Assembly (NCBI GenBank): GCA_038213805.1
Contig: JBBQSO010000007.1
Span: 1 to 64,000, forward strand
Origin: Planctomycetota bacterium
GTDB lineage: Bacteria; Planctomycetota; UBA11346
Direction of reading: 5' to 3'
Length of the DNA stretch: 64,000 bases
In this document: positions 7,586 to 17,660 of the stretch, in pieces
How positions within the stretch are numbered: position 1 is the first letter of the stretch
Layout: each line of letters begins with the position of its first letter
Program-made: the position numbers and the translations under genes
Notes under the pieces: generated by a model
Told to the model about the DNA's origin: nothing
The model's database searches: none
What the model saw: only the letters and a program-made list of their open reading frames with translations

Positions 7586-10089
7586 TGACGGCTCACGGTC
7601 TCATCAAGGTTGAGGATGGCGAGGCATACCGCGGCGTTGGCGGCGAGCTCCACTGCGTCCAGCGCGGGGTCGGCGCGCATCGCGCCGACGGCGAGGAATG
7701 CAGCGGCGGCGGCGGGATCAGCCTGGAAGCGCGCGCGCTGCTTCGCTTGGCTGCGCGCAAGCAATGCGGTCTCAGCTGCGTCCGGCCAGCGCGCCAGCAC
7801 GCGGCGGAACGCCGTGGGCAGGCGCCGCTCCGCCGGCTCGCCGAGCACGCGCTGCGCAAGCAGGCGCGCGGCCTCGACGAAGGTCGGGTCGTTGAGCGTG
7901 GTCAGCGCGTGCAGTGGCGTGCTGGTGGCGGCAGTGCGGACTTTGCAGGTCTGGCGCGCGGACGCGTCGAACATGTTGGCCGGGGCCACGGTGCGCCGCC
8001 AGAAGGTGTAGAGGCTGCGCCGGTAGAGGTCGGGGCCGCTCGACTGCGGGTAGGTGAAGTCGCGCTCCTTGGTGATCGCCAGCGCGTCCCAGATGTCGGC
8101 GGGCTGGTAGGGGTAGACCGGTTTTCCGCCGAGGGCCGGCACCAGCAGGCCGCTCGCCGCCAGCGCCTGGTCGCGGATCAGCATCGCCGGCAGGCGGAAG
8201 CGCGAGGCGCGCGCGAACAGACGGTTCTCGGGGTCGCGCTCGAGCAGGTCCGCGCTGACGCGGCTGGACTGGCGGTAGGTGGCGCTGGTGACGATCAGGC
8301 GCACCAGGCGCTTCATGCCCCAGCCGCCCTCGCGGAAGTCGACCGCCAGCCAGTCGAGCAGGGCGCGGTGGAGCGGCGGCTCGCTCTGCACGCCGAAGTC
8401 CTCGGCGGTCTTGACCAGGCCGAGACCGAAGAACATCTGCCAGATGCGGTTGACCATGACCCGTGCGGTCAGCGGCTGCTCGGCCGCGACCAGCCAGCGC
8501 GCCAGTCCGAGGCGGTTGCGCGGCGCGTCCGCCGGCAGCGGCGGTAGGAAGCCGGGTGGGGCGATCTCGACCGCAGCCAGCGGCTTTTCGTAGTTGCCGC
8601 GCTCCAGCACGTGGGTCTCGCGCGGCTTGGCGTCGGACATCACCATCACCATCGGGTAGTCGTCCTTCAACGCCTCGACCTCGCCCTCGTGCGCCTTCAC
8701 CGCCTGCATGGGCTTGCCGTCGAGGCTGTCGGCGACGCGCGACTCGAAATAGGCCTTCAGTTTTTCAGCGCGCGGCTTGTCGCCGGGATCAACGCAGCGC
8801 CGCAGCAGCTCGCGGATGCCATCGTCGGCGACGCTGTCGTCACCGGCGGCGCGCTCTTCCCATACGGCCTGGGCGCTCTGCAGGGCGGTTTTCGCGGCTG
8901 CGACCGCGCGCTCGGCCGCGGCCTTGCGCTCGCGCTGCTCGGGCGAGGCGGCGTCCAGCAGCGGATCGGCCGGACGCAGGCGATTGCTGATGTGCCCGGC
9001 GGTGCCGGATTCCGGCACGTTGTTGAAGGCGGCCAGCCACGAATAATAGTCGCGCTGGGTGATGGGGTCGTACTTGTGGTCGTGGCACTGCGCGCACGCC
9101 ATGGTCAGGCCGAGGAAGGTGGTGGCGGTGGTGTCGACGCGATCGAAGAGCAGCACGTAGCGCTGCTCTTCGGCGATGTTGCCACCTTCGCCGTTGAGCA
9201 GGCCGCAGCGCACGAAGCCGGTGGCCAGGCGCTGGTCGCGAGTCGCGTCGGGCAGCAGATCGCCGGCGAGCTGCTCGACCGCGAAGCGGTCGAAGGGCAG
9301 GTCATCGTTGAAGGACTTCACCACCCAGTCGCGCCACACCCATTGAAAAGTGTCGCCGTCCTGCTGGAAGCCATTGGAGTCGGCGTAGCGCGCCGCGTCC
9401 AGCCACGGCAGCGCCATGCGCTCGCCGTAATGCGGCGAGGCGAGCAGGCGGTCGACCACGCGCTCGTAGGCGCCCGGTGCGGTGTCGGCGAGAAACGCAT
9501 CGACCTCGGCGGGCTCCGGCGGCAGTCCGGTGAGGTCGAGGGTGAGGCGGCGGACCAGCGTCTCCTTGTCGGCCTCCGGCGCGGGCGCCAGGGCGGAGGA
9601 TTCGAGGCGGGCGAGTACGAAGCGGTCAAGCGGATTGCGCGCCCACGCCGCGGAGCGCACCGCCGGTTCGGCAGGGCGCTGCGGCGCGCTGAACGCCCAG
9701 TGGCCGTCGAAGGGCGCGCCCTCGGCGATCCAGCGCCGCAGCAGCTGCTTCTGGTCATCGGTCAGGGTGCGATGCGACTCCGGCGGCGGCATCTGCTCGT
9801 CAGGATCGGCGCTGCGAATGCGCTTGACGAGTTCGCTGTCGTCGGGCCGACCGGGAATGATCACATCCTTGACGCGCTGCCCAGCGAAGGTGTCGAGGCG
9901 CAGCTTGCCCTTGCGGCGGTTGGCATCCTGTCCGTGGCAGTGGAAGCAGTTCTCGGACAGTAGCGGTCGGATGTCGCGGCCGTAGTCGATCTCCGTCGAG
10001 GTCGCGGCCGCCTGCGCACTGCCGGCGAGCCCAGCCAGGGCCAGAACGGCGGCGAGCGGGAAGGCGGGCGGCAGAACGGGCAGGCGCAT
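7582..10089 (-). CDS. PSD1 and planctomycete cytochrome c domain protein (DUF1549/DUF1553)
   Basis: [58 protein letters not shown]. Confidence 0.92.
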   Translation of the reverse strand: MRLPVLPPAFPLAAVLALAGLAGSAQAAATSTEIDYGRDIRPLLSENCFHCHGQDANRRKGKLRLDTFAGQRVKDVIIPGRPDDSELVKRIRSADPDEQMPPPESHRTLTDDQKQLLRRWIAEGAPFDGHWAFSAPQRPAEPAVRSAAWARNPLDRFVLARLESSALAPAPEADKETLVRRLTLDLTGLPPEPAEVDAFLADTAPGAYERVVDRLLASPHYGERMALPWLDAARYADSNGFQQDGDTFQWVWRDWVVKSFNDDLPFDRFAVEQLAGDLLPDATRDQRLATGFVRCGLLNGEGGNIAEEQRYVLLFDRVDTTATTFLGLTMACAQCHDHKYDPITQRDYYSWLAAFNNVPESGTAGHISNRLRPADPLLDAASPEQRERKAAAERAVAAAKTALQSAQAVWEERAAGDDSVADDGIRELLRRCVDPGDKPRAEKLKAYFESRVADSLDGKPMQAVKAHEGEVEALKDDYPMVMVMSDAKPRETHVLERGNYEKPLAAVEIAPPGFLPPLPADAPRNRLGLARWLVAAEQPLTARVMVNRIWQMFFGLGLVKTAEDFGVQSEPPLHRALLDWLAVDFREGGWGMKRLVRLIVTSATYRQSSRVSADLLERDPENRLFARASRFRLPAMLIRDQALAASGLLVPALGGKPVYPYQPADIWDALAITKERDFTYPQSSGPDLYRRSLYTFWRRTVAPANMFDASARQTCKVRTAATSTPLHALTTLNDPTFVEAARLLAQRVLGEPAERRLPTAFRRVLARWPDAAETALLARSQAKQRARFQADPAAAAAFLAVGAMRADPALDAVELAANAAVCLAILNLDETVSRQ

Positions 10090-10168
10090 CCCGACAGCGT
10101 ACCAGGAGCGCCACCTCGACCACTTACGCGGGCGCGTAAACAACGGGCGGCCCCGGGGCGGGGGCCGC

Positions 10169-10304
10169 GGTCCGGAAGTCCGGGGGTCCGGAAGTCCGGA
10201 AGTCGGACAGCCCCGCACCCAAGGTTCCGACCGCCCCCCCGTTAATCTTTCAAGCACATCATCCCACGAGACTTCCGGACTTCCGGACCCCGGACTTCCG
10301 GACC
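10169..10304. repeat. ~35-bp inverted repeat built of TCCGGAAG 8-mers around a ~65-bp spacer
   Basis: 10169-10204 and 10270-10304 are reverse complements except for one G. Confidence 0.85.
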
Positions 10305-10310
10305 GGCGCG

Positions 10311-11009
10311 TCAGCGCCTAACAATGCCATCCTTCACCGCACGACGCACCGCGGCGGCGATGCAGTTGACGTGCAGTTTGCGGTAGATGCAGCGCGTCAC
10401 GTAGTCGACGGTGTGCTGGTTCAGCTCCAGGCGGCCGGCGATCTCCTTCTTGCTGAAGCCGTCGACCATCAGTTCGAGCACCTCGCGTTCGCGCGCGACC
10501 AGGCCGGGGTCGTCGCGGACGGTGGGCGCGCCAACGGGCGCCGCCTGCATTCCATCTGAGGCCGCGGACGGCGCCTCGCCCGGGGCGATGCGCGCGAACA
10601 TCGCCAGCACGCGGCGTGCGACGCGCGGATTCATCGGGGCGCCGCCGGCCAGCGTCTCGTCGATGGCGGTGAGCACGGTGGCGAGCGGTTCGGATTTGAG
10701 CAGGTAGCCGGAGGCGCCGGCGCAGACTGCCTGGAAGATCTTGTCGTCATCTTCGAACACCGTCAGCACCACGATGCCGGTGTCGGGCGCGACCTGCTTG
10801 ATGCGGCGGATGCCTTCGATGCCGTCGATGCCGGGCAGGCCGATGTCGAGCAGCACCACGTCTGGACGTTCGCCGGCGGCGAGGCGCGCGAGGGCGTCCT
10901 CGCAGCGCCCGAATTCGGCCAGTGCGTCGCCGGCGCGCCGTGCGGTCAAGGCGCGCGCGGTGGCGCGGCGGAACGCGGCGTTGTCCTCGATGATCCACAG
11001 CGTGGTCAT
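10311..11009 (-). CDS. NarL/LuxR-family response regulator
   Basis: REC domain (IIEDN, LLDIGLP, YLLK) plus LuxR HTH. Confidence 0.93.
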   Translation of the reverse strand: MTTLWIIEDNAAFRRATARALTARRAGDALAEFGRCEDALARLAAGERPDVVLLDIGLPGIDGIEGIRRIKQVAPDTGIVVLTVFEDDDKIFQAVCAGASGYLLKSEPLATVLTAIDETLAGGAPMNPRVARRVLAMFARIAPGEAPSAASDGMQAAPVGAPTVRDDPGLVAREREVLELMVDGFSKKEIAGRLELNQHTVDYVTRCIYRKLHVNCIAAAVRRAVKDGIVRR

Positions 11010-13051
11010 GACGCGCCACCCGGCGGAGCCGGCGCCGGCCCGCGCGGCGTGTGCGCGGTGGTGGCGCGCTGCCGCCCGGACAGGGCGGCGGGGCGCAGCC
11101 GCGCCAGCGGCACGATGCAGCGGATCAGCGTCCCACGCCCCGGCGCCGACTCGATGACCAGCCGGCCGCCGAGACTGCGCGCGCGCTCACGCAGGCTGGC
11201 GAGGCCGACGCCACCCTGCACCGCGCCGGGATCGAAGCCGCGGCCGTGGTCGCGGATCTCCAGGCGGGCTTCGTGGCCGTCCACCGCCAGGCCGAGCTCG
11301 ACCGCGCCAGCCTGGGCGTGGCGCACGATGTTCGCGAGCGCCTCCTTGGCGATCAGGAAGAGCTCGCGTCGCGCCAGCGGCGTCCAGTCGACGGGAATGG
11401 CGGCGAGCGGCGCCGTCCAGCGCACCGCGACGCCGCCGAGCATGCGCTCGGCCAGACGCTGCAGGTGGCTGGCGAGATCGGGGCCGGCCTCCTCGCGCGC
11501 GCCGGCCAGCCACAGCACCTCGCGCATGCCGTCCATGCTCTCATGGGCGATGCGGCCCACCTCGCGCCAGTCCTCGCCCTGACCGGCGGCGGGCGCGGCG
11601 TCGGCACCGAGCTCGCTGAGGCGTGCGATCGCGGCGAGGTTGCTGCCGATCTCGTCGTGCAGGTCGCGAGCCAGGCGCCGGCGCAGGCCGTCGAGCTCGC
11701 GCGCACGGCGGCGGCGCAGGGCGAGCAGCCAGGCGCCCAGGGCCGCGAGCACGAGCGCGCCAACCGCGCCGCCCAGCCACCACGCGCGCCGGCGCGCCTC
11801 CTCCACGAGTTCGCTGCGTGCACCCGCGAGGCGTGCCAGCTCGCCGTCCAGATGCGCGCGCCGGTCCCACTCGTCGAGCCAATCCGGCAGCTCCATCAGG
11901 CGGCCATAACTGGTGTAGCCGTCGACCAGCAGCGCGCGCGGCCAGGCATTGCTGTAGGTGCTGGGATCTTGGCTGGAGGTGACGGTGGCGTCGCGCGCGA
12001 GATTGCGGTCGCCGCTGTAGACCTCGACCTCGGACAGCGAAAAACGCCCATGATCGCCGGGTGGCAGGCTGACGCGTACGTAGCGCGCGGTGACGCCGGC
12101 GGCGCGCAGGGTGATGGCGTTGTCGCCGGGGTTGGGGTAGTCGGCGGCGGTGCTGTCGAGGATCATCGCCGGCGCCACGAAATCCGCGTTGGTCGCGGCC
12201 TGGACGCGGAAGCGCGCGGGGAAGCTGAAACCCGGGATGTCGGCGCCGAGGCGCGCGTGCGTGGCGTAGAGGCGCACCTCCTGAAGCTCGTGCGGGGCGC
12301 CCAGATCGAGGGTCATGCTGCTCGACTCGCCTTCGCCCGCTGGGCCGGCGAACAGCCCGTCCCAGGCGAGCAGCGCAACGTGGATGGGCGGGCCGAGCGC
12401 GGTGCGCCCGTCGACCAGCGCGCCGAGCGTCCAGCGCGGCGGCAGGTTGAGGCTCGACGAAGCGGTCACCGGACGGCCGATCGCGACGTCGCGTGGGCCC
12501 GACAGCACCACCAGTTCGCCGAGGGCGTAGAAGTACTGGCCGTTCTCCTGCGCCAGCTTGGTGACGGTGACGCGTACGTAGCGCGCGCGCCGGCCGCCGC
12601 CCTGCACCACCAGCGGCGCGATGCCCGGGTCGGGCAGGTCGGCTTCGGTGCAATCAGCGACGCGCACCGGATCGGCGAAGTCCGGGCTCGCCGCGAGATC
12701 GATGCGGAAGCGCGGCGGGAAACCATAGGTGCGCTTGGCATCGGCCTGCCAGTCGAGCACCGCGGGGATCAGCGCGATGCGCTCGATCGGCAGCTCCTCG
12801 CCGAGGTCGACCTGCACCCAGGGCGGGGTCAGCGGAGGCGTGCCGAGGCGTGGATGCTGATAGCCGAACTGCGGCGCGGTCTGACCAATCACCGGCGTGC
12901 CGAGGACGGCCAATTCCTGCTGAGTGCGCTGGCGGTCCGCGTCGAGCGCGCGCAGCTCGGGGCTCAACCAGCCCAGCCACGCGCCATCGTCGGCCGCGAA
13001 CGCCAGCGCCGGCAGAAGCGCGAGCAGGAGCGGAAGCGGACCCAGGGGCAT
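11006..13051 (-). CDS. HisKA_3 sensor histidine kinase with extracellular discoidin (F5/8 type C)-like domains
   Basis: Signal peptide, WVQVDLG/ARYVRV repeats, TM, RDLHDEIG, ANIVRH, DHGRGF, GRGT. Confidence 0.9.
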   Translation of the reverse strand: MPLGPLPLLLALLPALAFAADDGAWLGWLSPELRALDADRQRTQQELAVLGTPVIGQTAPQFGYQHPRLGTPPLTPPWVQVDLGEELPIERIALIPAVLDWQADAKRTYGFPPRFRIDLAASPDFADPVRVADCTEADLPDPGIAPLVVQGGGRRARYVRVTVTKLAQENGQYFYALGELVVLSGPRDVAIGRPVTASSSLNLPPRWTLGALVDGRTALGPPIHVALLAWDGLFAGPAGEGESSSMTLDLGAPHELQEVRLYATHARLGADIPGFSFPARFRVQAATNADFVAPAMILDSTAADYPNPGDNAITLRAAGVTARYVRVSLPPGDHGRFSLSEVEVYSGDRNLARDATVTSSQDPSTYSNAWPRALLVDGYTSYGRLMELPDWLDEWDRRAHLDGELARLAGARSELVEEARRRAWWLGGAVGALVLAALGAWLLALRRRRARELDGLRRRLARDLHDEIGSNLAAIARLSELGADAAPAAGQGEDWREVGRIAHESMDGMREVLWLAGAREEAGPDLASHLQRLAERMLGGVAVRWTAPLAAIPVDWTPLARRELFLIAKEALANIVRHAQAGAVELGLAVDGHEARLEIRDHGRGFDPGAVQGGVGLASLRERARSLGGRLVIESAPGRGTLIRCIVPLARLRPAALSGRQRATTAHTPRGPAPAPPGGAS

Positions 13052-13143
13052 GCGGGGATCGTGGCGGAGGTGACGGGGTTACAATCGCGGGGGAGGTAGG
13101 GTTGTGGGGGAGAGTAGGTTGGATTGCGGGGCATGGGGACTCG

Positions 13144-13267
13144 GGAGTGCGGAGTGCGGAGTGCGGAGTGCGGAGTGCGGAGTGCGGAGTGCGGAGTGCG
13201 GAGTGCGGAGTGCGGTGCGCGGTGCGCGGTGCTGGGTACGGGATGCGGGATGCGGGATGCGGGAATC
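13144..13267 (+). repeat. Heptamer tandem repeats: (GGAGTGC)x10, GGTGCGC x2, GGGATGC x3
   Basis: Directly visible; lies in a divergent intergenic region. Confidence 0.95.
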
Positions 13268-13412
13268 TAGGCACGTGTCCGGAGTTGGGGTGGTGAACGA
13301 TAAGCGCTCGACAGGGAAGTGGCGCCAGGGACCGGTCGGGCCTGTCCATGGTCAGGCAGGAATGACCATTGGCAGCGCGTGGGCTTGGGGACCATCGATC
13401 CAGGAGCCACGC

Positions 13413-14636
13413 ATGTCCCGTCCCCTTGCACCGATTGCGGCATTCGCTGCGCGAGCGGGCAGCGTCGCGTGGCTGCGGGCGGTGACCGCGCTGGGTCTGG
13501 CGGGTAGCGCGGCGGCGGCTGCGCTGCTGGCGCTGTGCCCGTCGTACACGCTGGGTCTGCTGATCGCGGCGCTGGTGGCGACCGAGTTGTGCGCATGGAC
13601 GGCGGCGTTCGGCGTCGCGGCGCTCGCGCTGTGCGCGTGGCCGAGCCCGCTGCGGCGTTGGCGGCCGGTAACCGGCGCGCTGGCGGTACTGGCGATCGCG
13701 TTGGCGCTGCCGCGGATGTTGGCGGTATCTGAAGCGGCACGCACGGCGGATGCGGCCCTGGCCACGTTCGACCTGGCCGCGCCCGCCACGCAGGCGGCGC
13801 CGCACCTGCGCGCGGCGCCGGTGCTGTGGAGCGAGTGCTTTCTGGGACTCGCCATCCCGCCGTCGCGGCCGGTGCAGGAACTCGCCATCCCAGGTGGCGA
13901 CGGTGCGCCGTTACCGGGGCTGCTCTACCGGCCGCTGACGGCGGCGCCGGCGCCGCTGGTGGTAATGGTGCACGGCGGCGGCTGGCATGGCGGTGGTCCG
14001 CAGGAATGCCCGGACAGCGCGCGCTATCTCGCCGGCCATGGCATCGCGGTCGCCGCGCTGTCGTACCGCCTCGCTCCGGCTGCGCGCTTCCCCGCCGCGC
14101 TGGACGATGTGCGCGCCGCGCTGCGCTGGCTGCGCGCGCAGGCCGGACCGCTCGGGCTCGATGGCGGGCGCATTGCGCTGCTCGGGCGCTCGGCGGGGGG
14201 CCAGCTCGTGCTGCTCGCCTCCACATCGCCGGAAGGCGCCGGCCTGCGCGCGGTGGTCGCCTGCTATCCCGCGGTCGACCTGCTCGACGGTTTCCACGAT
14301 CCGCCGCATCCGGACCCGATCAACGGCGCCCAGGTGATGATCGACTACCTGGGCGGCACGCCGGAGCAGCTTCCCGCGGTCTACCGCAATGCCTCGCCCA
14401 TGTTCGCGGCGCGCGCGGCCATGCCGCCGGTGCTGCTGCTGCACGGCGTGCGCGATCACGTCATCCAGATCGGCTATCTGCGGCGGTACCGCGACGTGCT
14501 GCTCGCCCAGGGTGGTGCGGCGGCGCTGATCGAGGTGCCGTGGGCCGAGCATGGGTTCGACCAGGTCGAGCAAGGACTGGGCGGCCAGTTCGCGCTCGAT
14601 TGCATCACGCGCTTCCTGGCGGGCAGACTGGAATGA
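13413..14636 (+). CDS. Membrane-anchored alpha/beta hydrolase (HSL-family esterase)
   Basis: N-terminal TMs, HGGGW, YRLAP, GRSAGG, D..HGF. Confidence 0.88.
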   Translation: MSRPLAPIAAFAARAGSVAWLRAVTALGLAGSAAAAALLALCPSYTLGLLIAALVATELCAWTAAFGVAALALCAWPSPLRRWRPVTGALAVLAIALALPRMLAVSEAARTADAALATFDLAAPATQAAPHLRAAPVLWSECFLGLAIPPSRPVQELAIPGGDGAPLPGLLYRPLTAAPAPLVVMVHGGGWHGGGPQECPDSARYLAGHGIAVAALSYRLAPAARFPAALDDVRAALRWLRAQAGPLGLDGGRIALLGRSAGGQLVLLASTSPEGAGLRAVVACYPAVDLLDGFHDPPHPDPINGAQVMIDYLGGTPEQLPAVYRNASPMFAARAAMPPVLLLHGVRDHVIQIGYLRRYRDVLLAQGGAAALIEVPWAEHGFDQVEQGLGGQFALDCITRFLAGRLE

Positions 14637-14652
14637 GCGGACCAGCGGCGCC

Positions 14653-15138
14653 TCAACCGGGGTGATTCGCCTCGGCCTGAGCAACCTCTGCATCGTCCTT
14701 CTTGCCGCGCCAGCGCTCGTCCGCTTCCTCGACGGAATGCGCGCTGCCGATGTCCTGCTCCTGGGTGATGATCTCGACCAGGCGCGCGTAGTGGTCGCGC
14801 AGAATCTGCAATTCGTGTTCCGGGCGCTGCTCGACGGCGATGAGGTGATTGCTGGCACCAGCGGTGGCGGCGATCAACTCGTTGAGCTTGAGCTGGATCG
14901 CCACCGCGTCCTTGTTCTGCGCGCGCTGAATGAGGAAGACCATCAGGAAGGTGACGATGGTCGTACTGGTGTTGATCACCAGCTGCCACGTGTCCGAGTA
15001 GTGGAAGAGCGGTCCGGTGACCAGCCAGGCGACGATGACCAGGACGGCGAGAATGAAGGCAGTGGAGCTGCCCGAGGCGGCGGTGGCCTGGCGCGAGAAG
15101 GACTCGAGCAGGCGGGAGCAGGTTGCGGTGAGCGGCAT
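14653..15138 (-). CDS. Low-affinity iron permease family protein
   Basis: GSSTAF...SDTWQLVINTSTTIVTFLMVFLIQRAQNKD...KLNELI. Confidence 0.9.
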   Translation of the reverse strand: MPLTATCSRLLESFSRQATAASGSSTAFILAVLVIVAWLVTGPLFHYSDTWQLVINTSTTIVTFLMVFLIQRAQNKDAVAIQLKLNELIAATAGASNHLIAVEQRPEHELQILRDHYARLVEIITQEQDIGSAHSVEEADERWRGKKDDAEVAQAEANHPG

Positions 15139-15544
15139 GGGGTGGTCCTCAGAACGGGCGGGCCACCGCGGCGGGAGGTGGCGTGGAATGGATCAGGCTG
15201 CTTGAGGTCGCACAGGATATGCGGCCCGTGATCGGGTGCCAAGAACGCGCCTTCGGCCCTGCATTCTGCATGGCTGCCACGGTGGACCGGCGGACCGCCA
15301 CCCACCCTGATGAGGTGGCGGAATCTGCCCGACCGCACTCGGCAACTGGGCGGTCGACGCCTGTATTCGACGCTTTGGTCCGTGAAACGCTTGGCACGTT
15401 CCGCGCGTTCAGCCTGTCCATGTTGCCCATCCATCCACCTTGCGGCGGACGGGCAGACCACGGACATTGATCAGCCGGTTGCCACGGAGGGCGCAACGCG
15501 GGATCCACCGGACGGCAACGTCCCCGATGCGAATGGAGCAAGCC

Positions 15545-17650
15545 ATGTCCTGTGCCGCCTGCGGAGCCACCCTGCTGGCCGACGCGCGCTTCTGCATCAT
15601 TTGCGGAGCCACGACCAAGGCGCAGCCGGCGGCCGCCGCTGCAGTGCGGCCACCGGCATCGTCCCAACCGTCCCGCGCGCTCACCGCGCCAGCGGTTGCC
15701 GCCGGCGCGGTAGCGCTGACCGGCAGCGCCGAGTCGGACCTCCTGCATCTGGTCGACGGCTACCTGATGTGGAACCTGCACCCTGGCCAGGTCGCGCGCC
15801 TGATCACGCCGGCGCTGGCCGACAGCCTTGACGGCGCACGCGGCGTGGCGGTCAACGACGGCACGCGCGCACTGGTGTACATCAACGGCGCCCTGGCCGC
15901 CGACCTGCAACACGGCCTGTTCGACGTCGCGCAGACACCGGCTGCTGAAGCCGGCACCAGTGAGCCGGCAGGGCCCGCCGCCGCACGGCGCGGCGGGCTG
16001 TTCGCCTTTGTCGCGGCCGGCACCGCGCACGCGGCGCGCATGCTGCGCGGAGCGAGCGAAGCCGCCGCGGTGCCCGCCGTTCGTGAGGGCGCGCCGGGGA
16101 CCGCGGGCGCGGCGCAGCTGGTGAGCGTGCTGCTGGTGCGCCAGGGACCGATGCCGCTCATCCTCTCGCTGACGCTACCCACCGCCACGGTCACCACCGC
16201 GGTGGCCGTGCAGCTGTTTGTCGAGATCACTGATGCGGCGGCCTTCAGCCGCGCGCTGATGCAGGTGCGCCGCGAACTCGGCCTCGACGCGCTGGCCGTG
16301 GCGCTGACGCCGGTCGTCGAGCCGGCGCTGCGCGCGGTGCTGCGCACGGTGCCCGCGGAAGGCTCATCCGAACCCGGACTGGAACTGCGCGTGGCCGCGG
16401 CGATGGGCGAGGCGCTGCGCCTGGACTGGGGCTTCCTGCGCATCGTGCGCGTCGCCACCGTCACCATGCGGCGCGACGAGCTCGAACGCCTGGCGAGATT
16501 CCGCGAGGCCACCTATCTGAGCGAGCAGGCGCTCGAGCAGGTCAGCGCCCGCAATGAATTCGCCAACCGCCTGCACCTCGAACGCAACCGCCAGCGCATC
16601 GACCAGGCGGCGAGCACCCAGCGCCTGCAGGCCGCGCTGACCGACATCAACCGCGACGAGCTGGTCGGGCGCGACGACCTGGCGCGCTTCACCCTGCTGC
16701 TCGACCACGGCCGCCGCCTGCGCGAGGCCGCGACCGAGGGCGACTACCAGGACGCCATCGCTGGATTGCGCCGCAGCGAGCTGCTGCGCGAGGACAGCGT
16801 CGCCTATGCCGCACGCGAGGCGCAGGAGCGCCGCGAGGACCACGCCCACCGCCGCCTGCACGCGCTCGAACTCTTCGACCTCAGCCGCCAGATGGAGAGC
16901 GACCAGGCGCGCCTGCAGTGGGAGTACGGCATCGGCGACCAGCGCATCGCGCTCGCGCTGCAGCGCCGCCTGGGCGAGCACGCGGCGCGCTTCAAACTCA
17001 CCGCCCTCGACCTTGAGGAGGAGCGCCTGCGCGACGATCACCTCGCCGAGCGCGAGCGCACCGCCGACGAGCGCCGGCGCAGCGTCGCAGGGCACGCGCA
17101 CGAGGAGCGTCTGGCCCAGCTCGAGATCGCCCGCCAGGCGCAGGCTCTGGGCGAAGACCGCCGCCGCGAAGAGCACGGGCGCACCCTGGCCGCCGAGGCG
17201 CAGCGCGCCCGCGACGCGCGCGAGGCCATCCTGGTCGAGGCGCAGCGCTGGGCCGGCATGACCGTCGAGCAGATCATCGCCGCCAACGCGACGCTGACCC
17301 CGGCCGCGGCCGCCGCGCTTGCGACCAAGTACCAGGCCGAGGCGCAGGCCAGTGGCGAGCGCTCCAAGGCCGAAGCCGCTGAGAACGCCGGCGACCAGCG
17401 CGCGCGCGCCGCTGAGAGCGGCAAGGACGAGCTGCGCCGTTTCATGACCGACCAGCTCGCGGCGATGCAGGAACTGATGCGTCAGACCCTGGATTCCAAC
17501 GCACGCATCGCCGGGGCCGGCCAGCAGGATGGGCGCCGGCCTGGCTGGGCCGCCGCAGCGCCGACCGCGGCGGCACCGACCTTCTGCAGCCGCTGCGGAC
17601 GGGCGCTCGGGGCGAGCGGCTGCCCGGCCTGCGATGCGCGGCCGGCCTGA
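15545..17650 (+). CDS. Zinc-ribbon / SPFH-like / coiled-coil protein
   Basis: N-terminal CAACG..FCIICG, putative band-7-like region, long E/R/A coiled coil, C-terminal FCSRCG..CPAC. Confidence 0.65.
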   Translation: MSCAACGATLLADARFCIICGATTKAQPAAAAAVRPPASSQPSRALTAPAVAAGAVALTGSAESDLLHLVDGYLMWNLHPGQVARLITPALADSLDGARGVAVNDGTRALVYINGALAADLQHGLFDVAQTPAAEAGTSEPAGPAAARRGGLFAFVAAGTAHAARMLRGASEAAAVPAVREGAPGTAGAAQLVSVLLVRQGPMPLILSLTLPTATVTTAVAVQLFVEITDAAAFSRALMQVRRELGLDALAVALTPVVEPALRAVLRTVPAEGSSEPGLELRVAAAMGEALRLDWGFLRIVRVATVTMRRDELERLARFREATYLSEQALEQVSARNEFANRLHLERNRQRIDQAASTQRLQAALTDINRDELVGRDDLARFTLLLDHGRRLREAATEGDYQDAIAGLRRSELLREDSVAYAAREAQERREDHAHRRLHALELFDLSRQMESDQARLQWEYGIGDQRIALALQRRLGEHAARFKLTALDLEEERLRDDHLAERERTADERRRSVAGHAHEERLAQLEIARQAQALGEDRRREEHGRTLAAEAQRARDAREAILVEAQRWAGMTVEQIIAANATLTPAAAAALATKYQAEAQASGERSKAEAAENAGDQRARAAESGKDELRRFMTDQLAAMQELMRQTLDSNARIAGAGQQDGRRPGWAAAAPTAAAPTFCSRCGRALGASGCPACDARPA

Positions 17651-17660
17651 GCGATCCGCC

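Noticed and set aside
13104..13412. N-terminal extension of the esterase (SAECGVR repeats)
   Set aside because: This is a translation of the heptamer repeat; the real start is probably ATG 13413.
15390..15410. Sigma54 promoter TTGGCACG upstream of the zinc-ribbon operon
   Set aside because: The -12 TTGC element is missing (GCGC instead).
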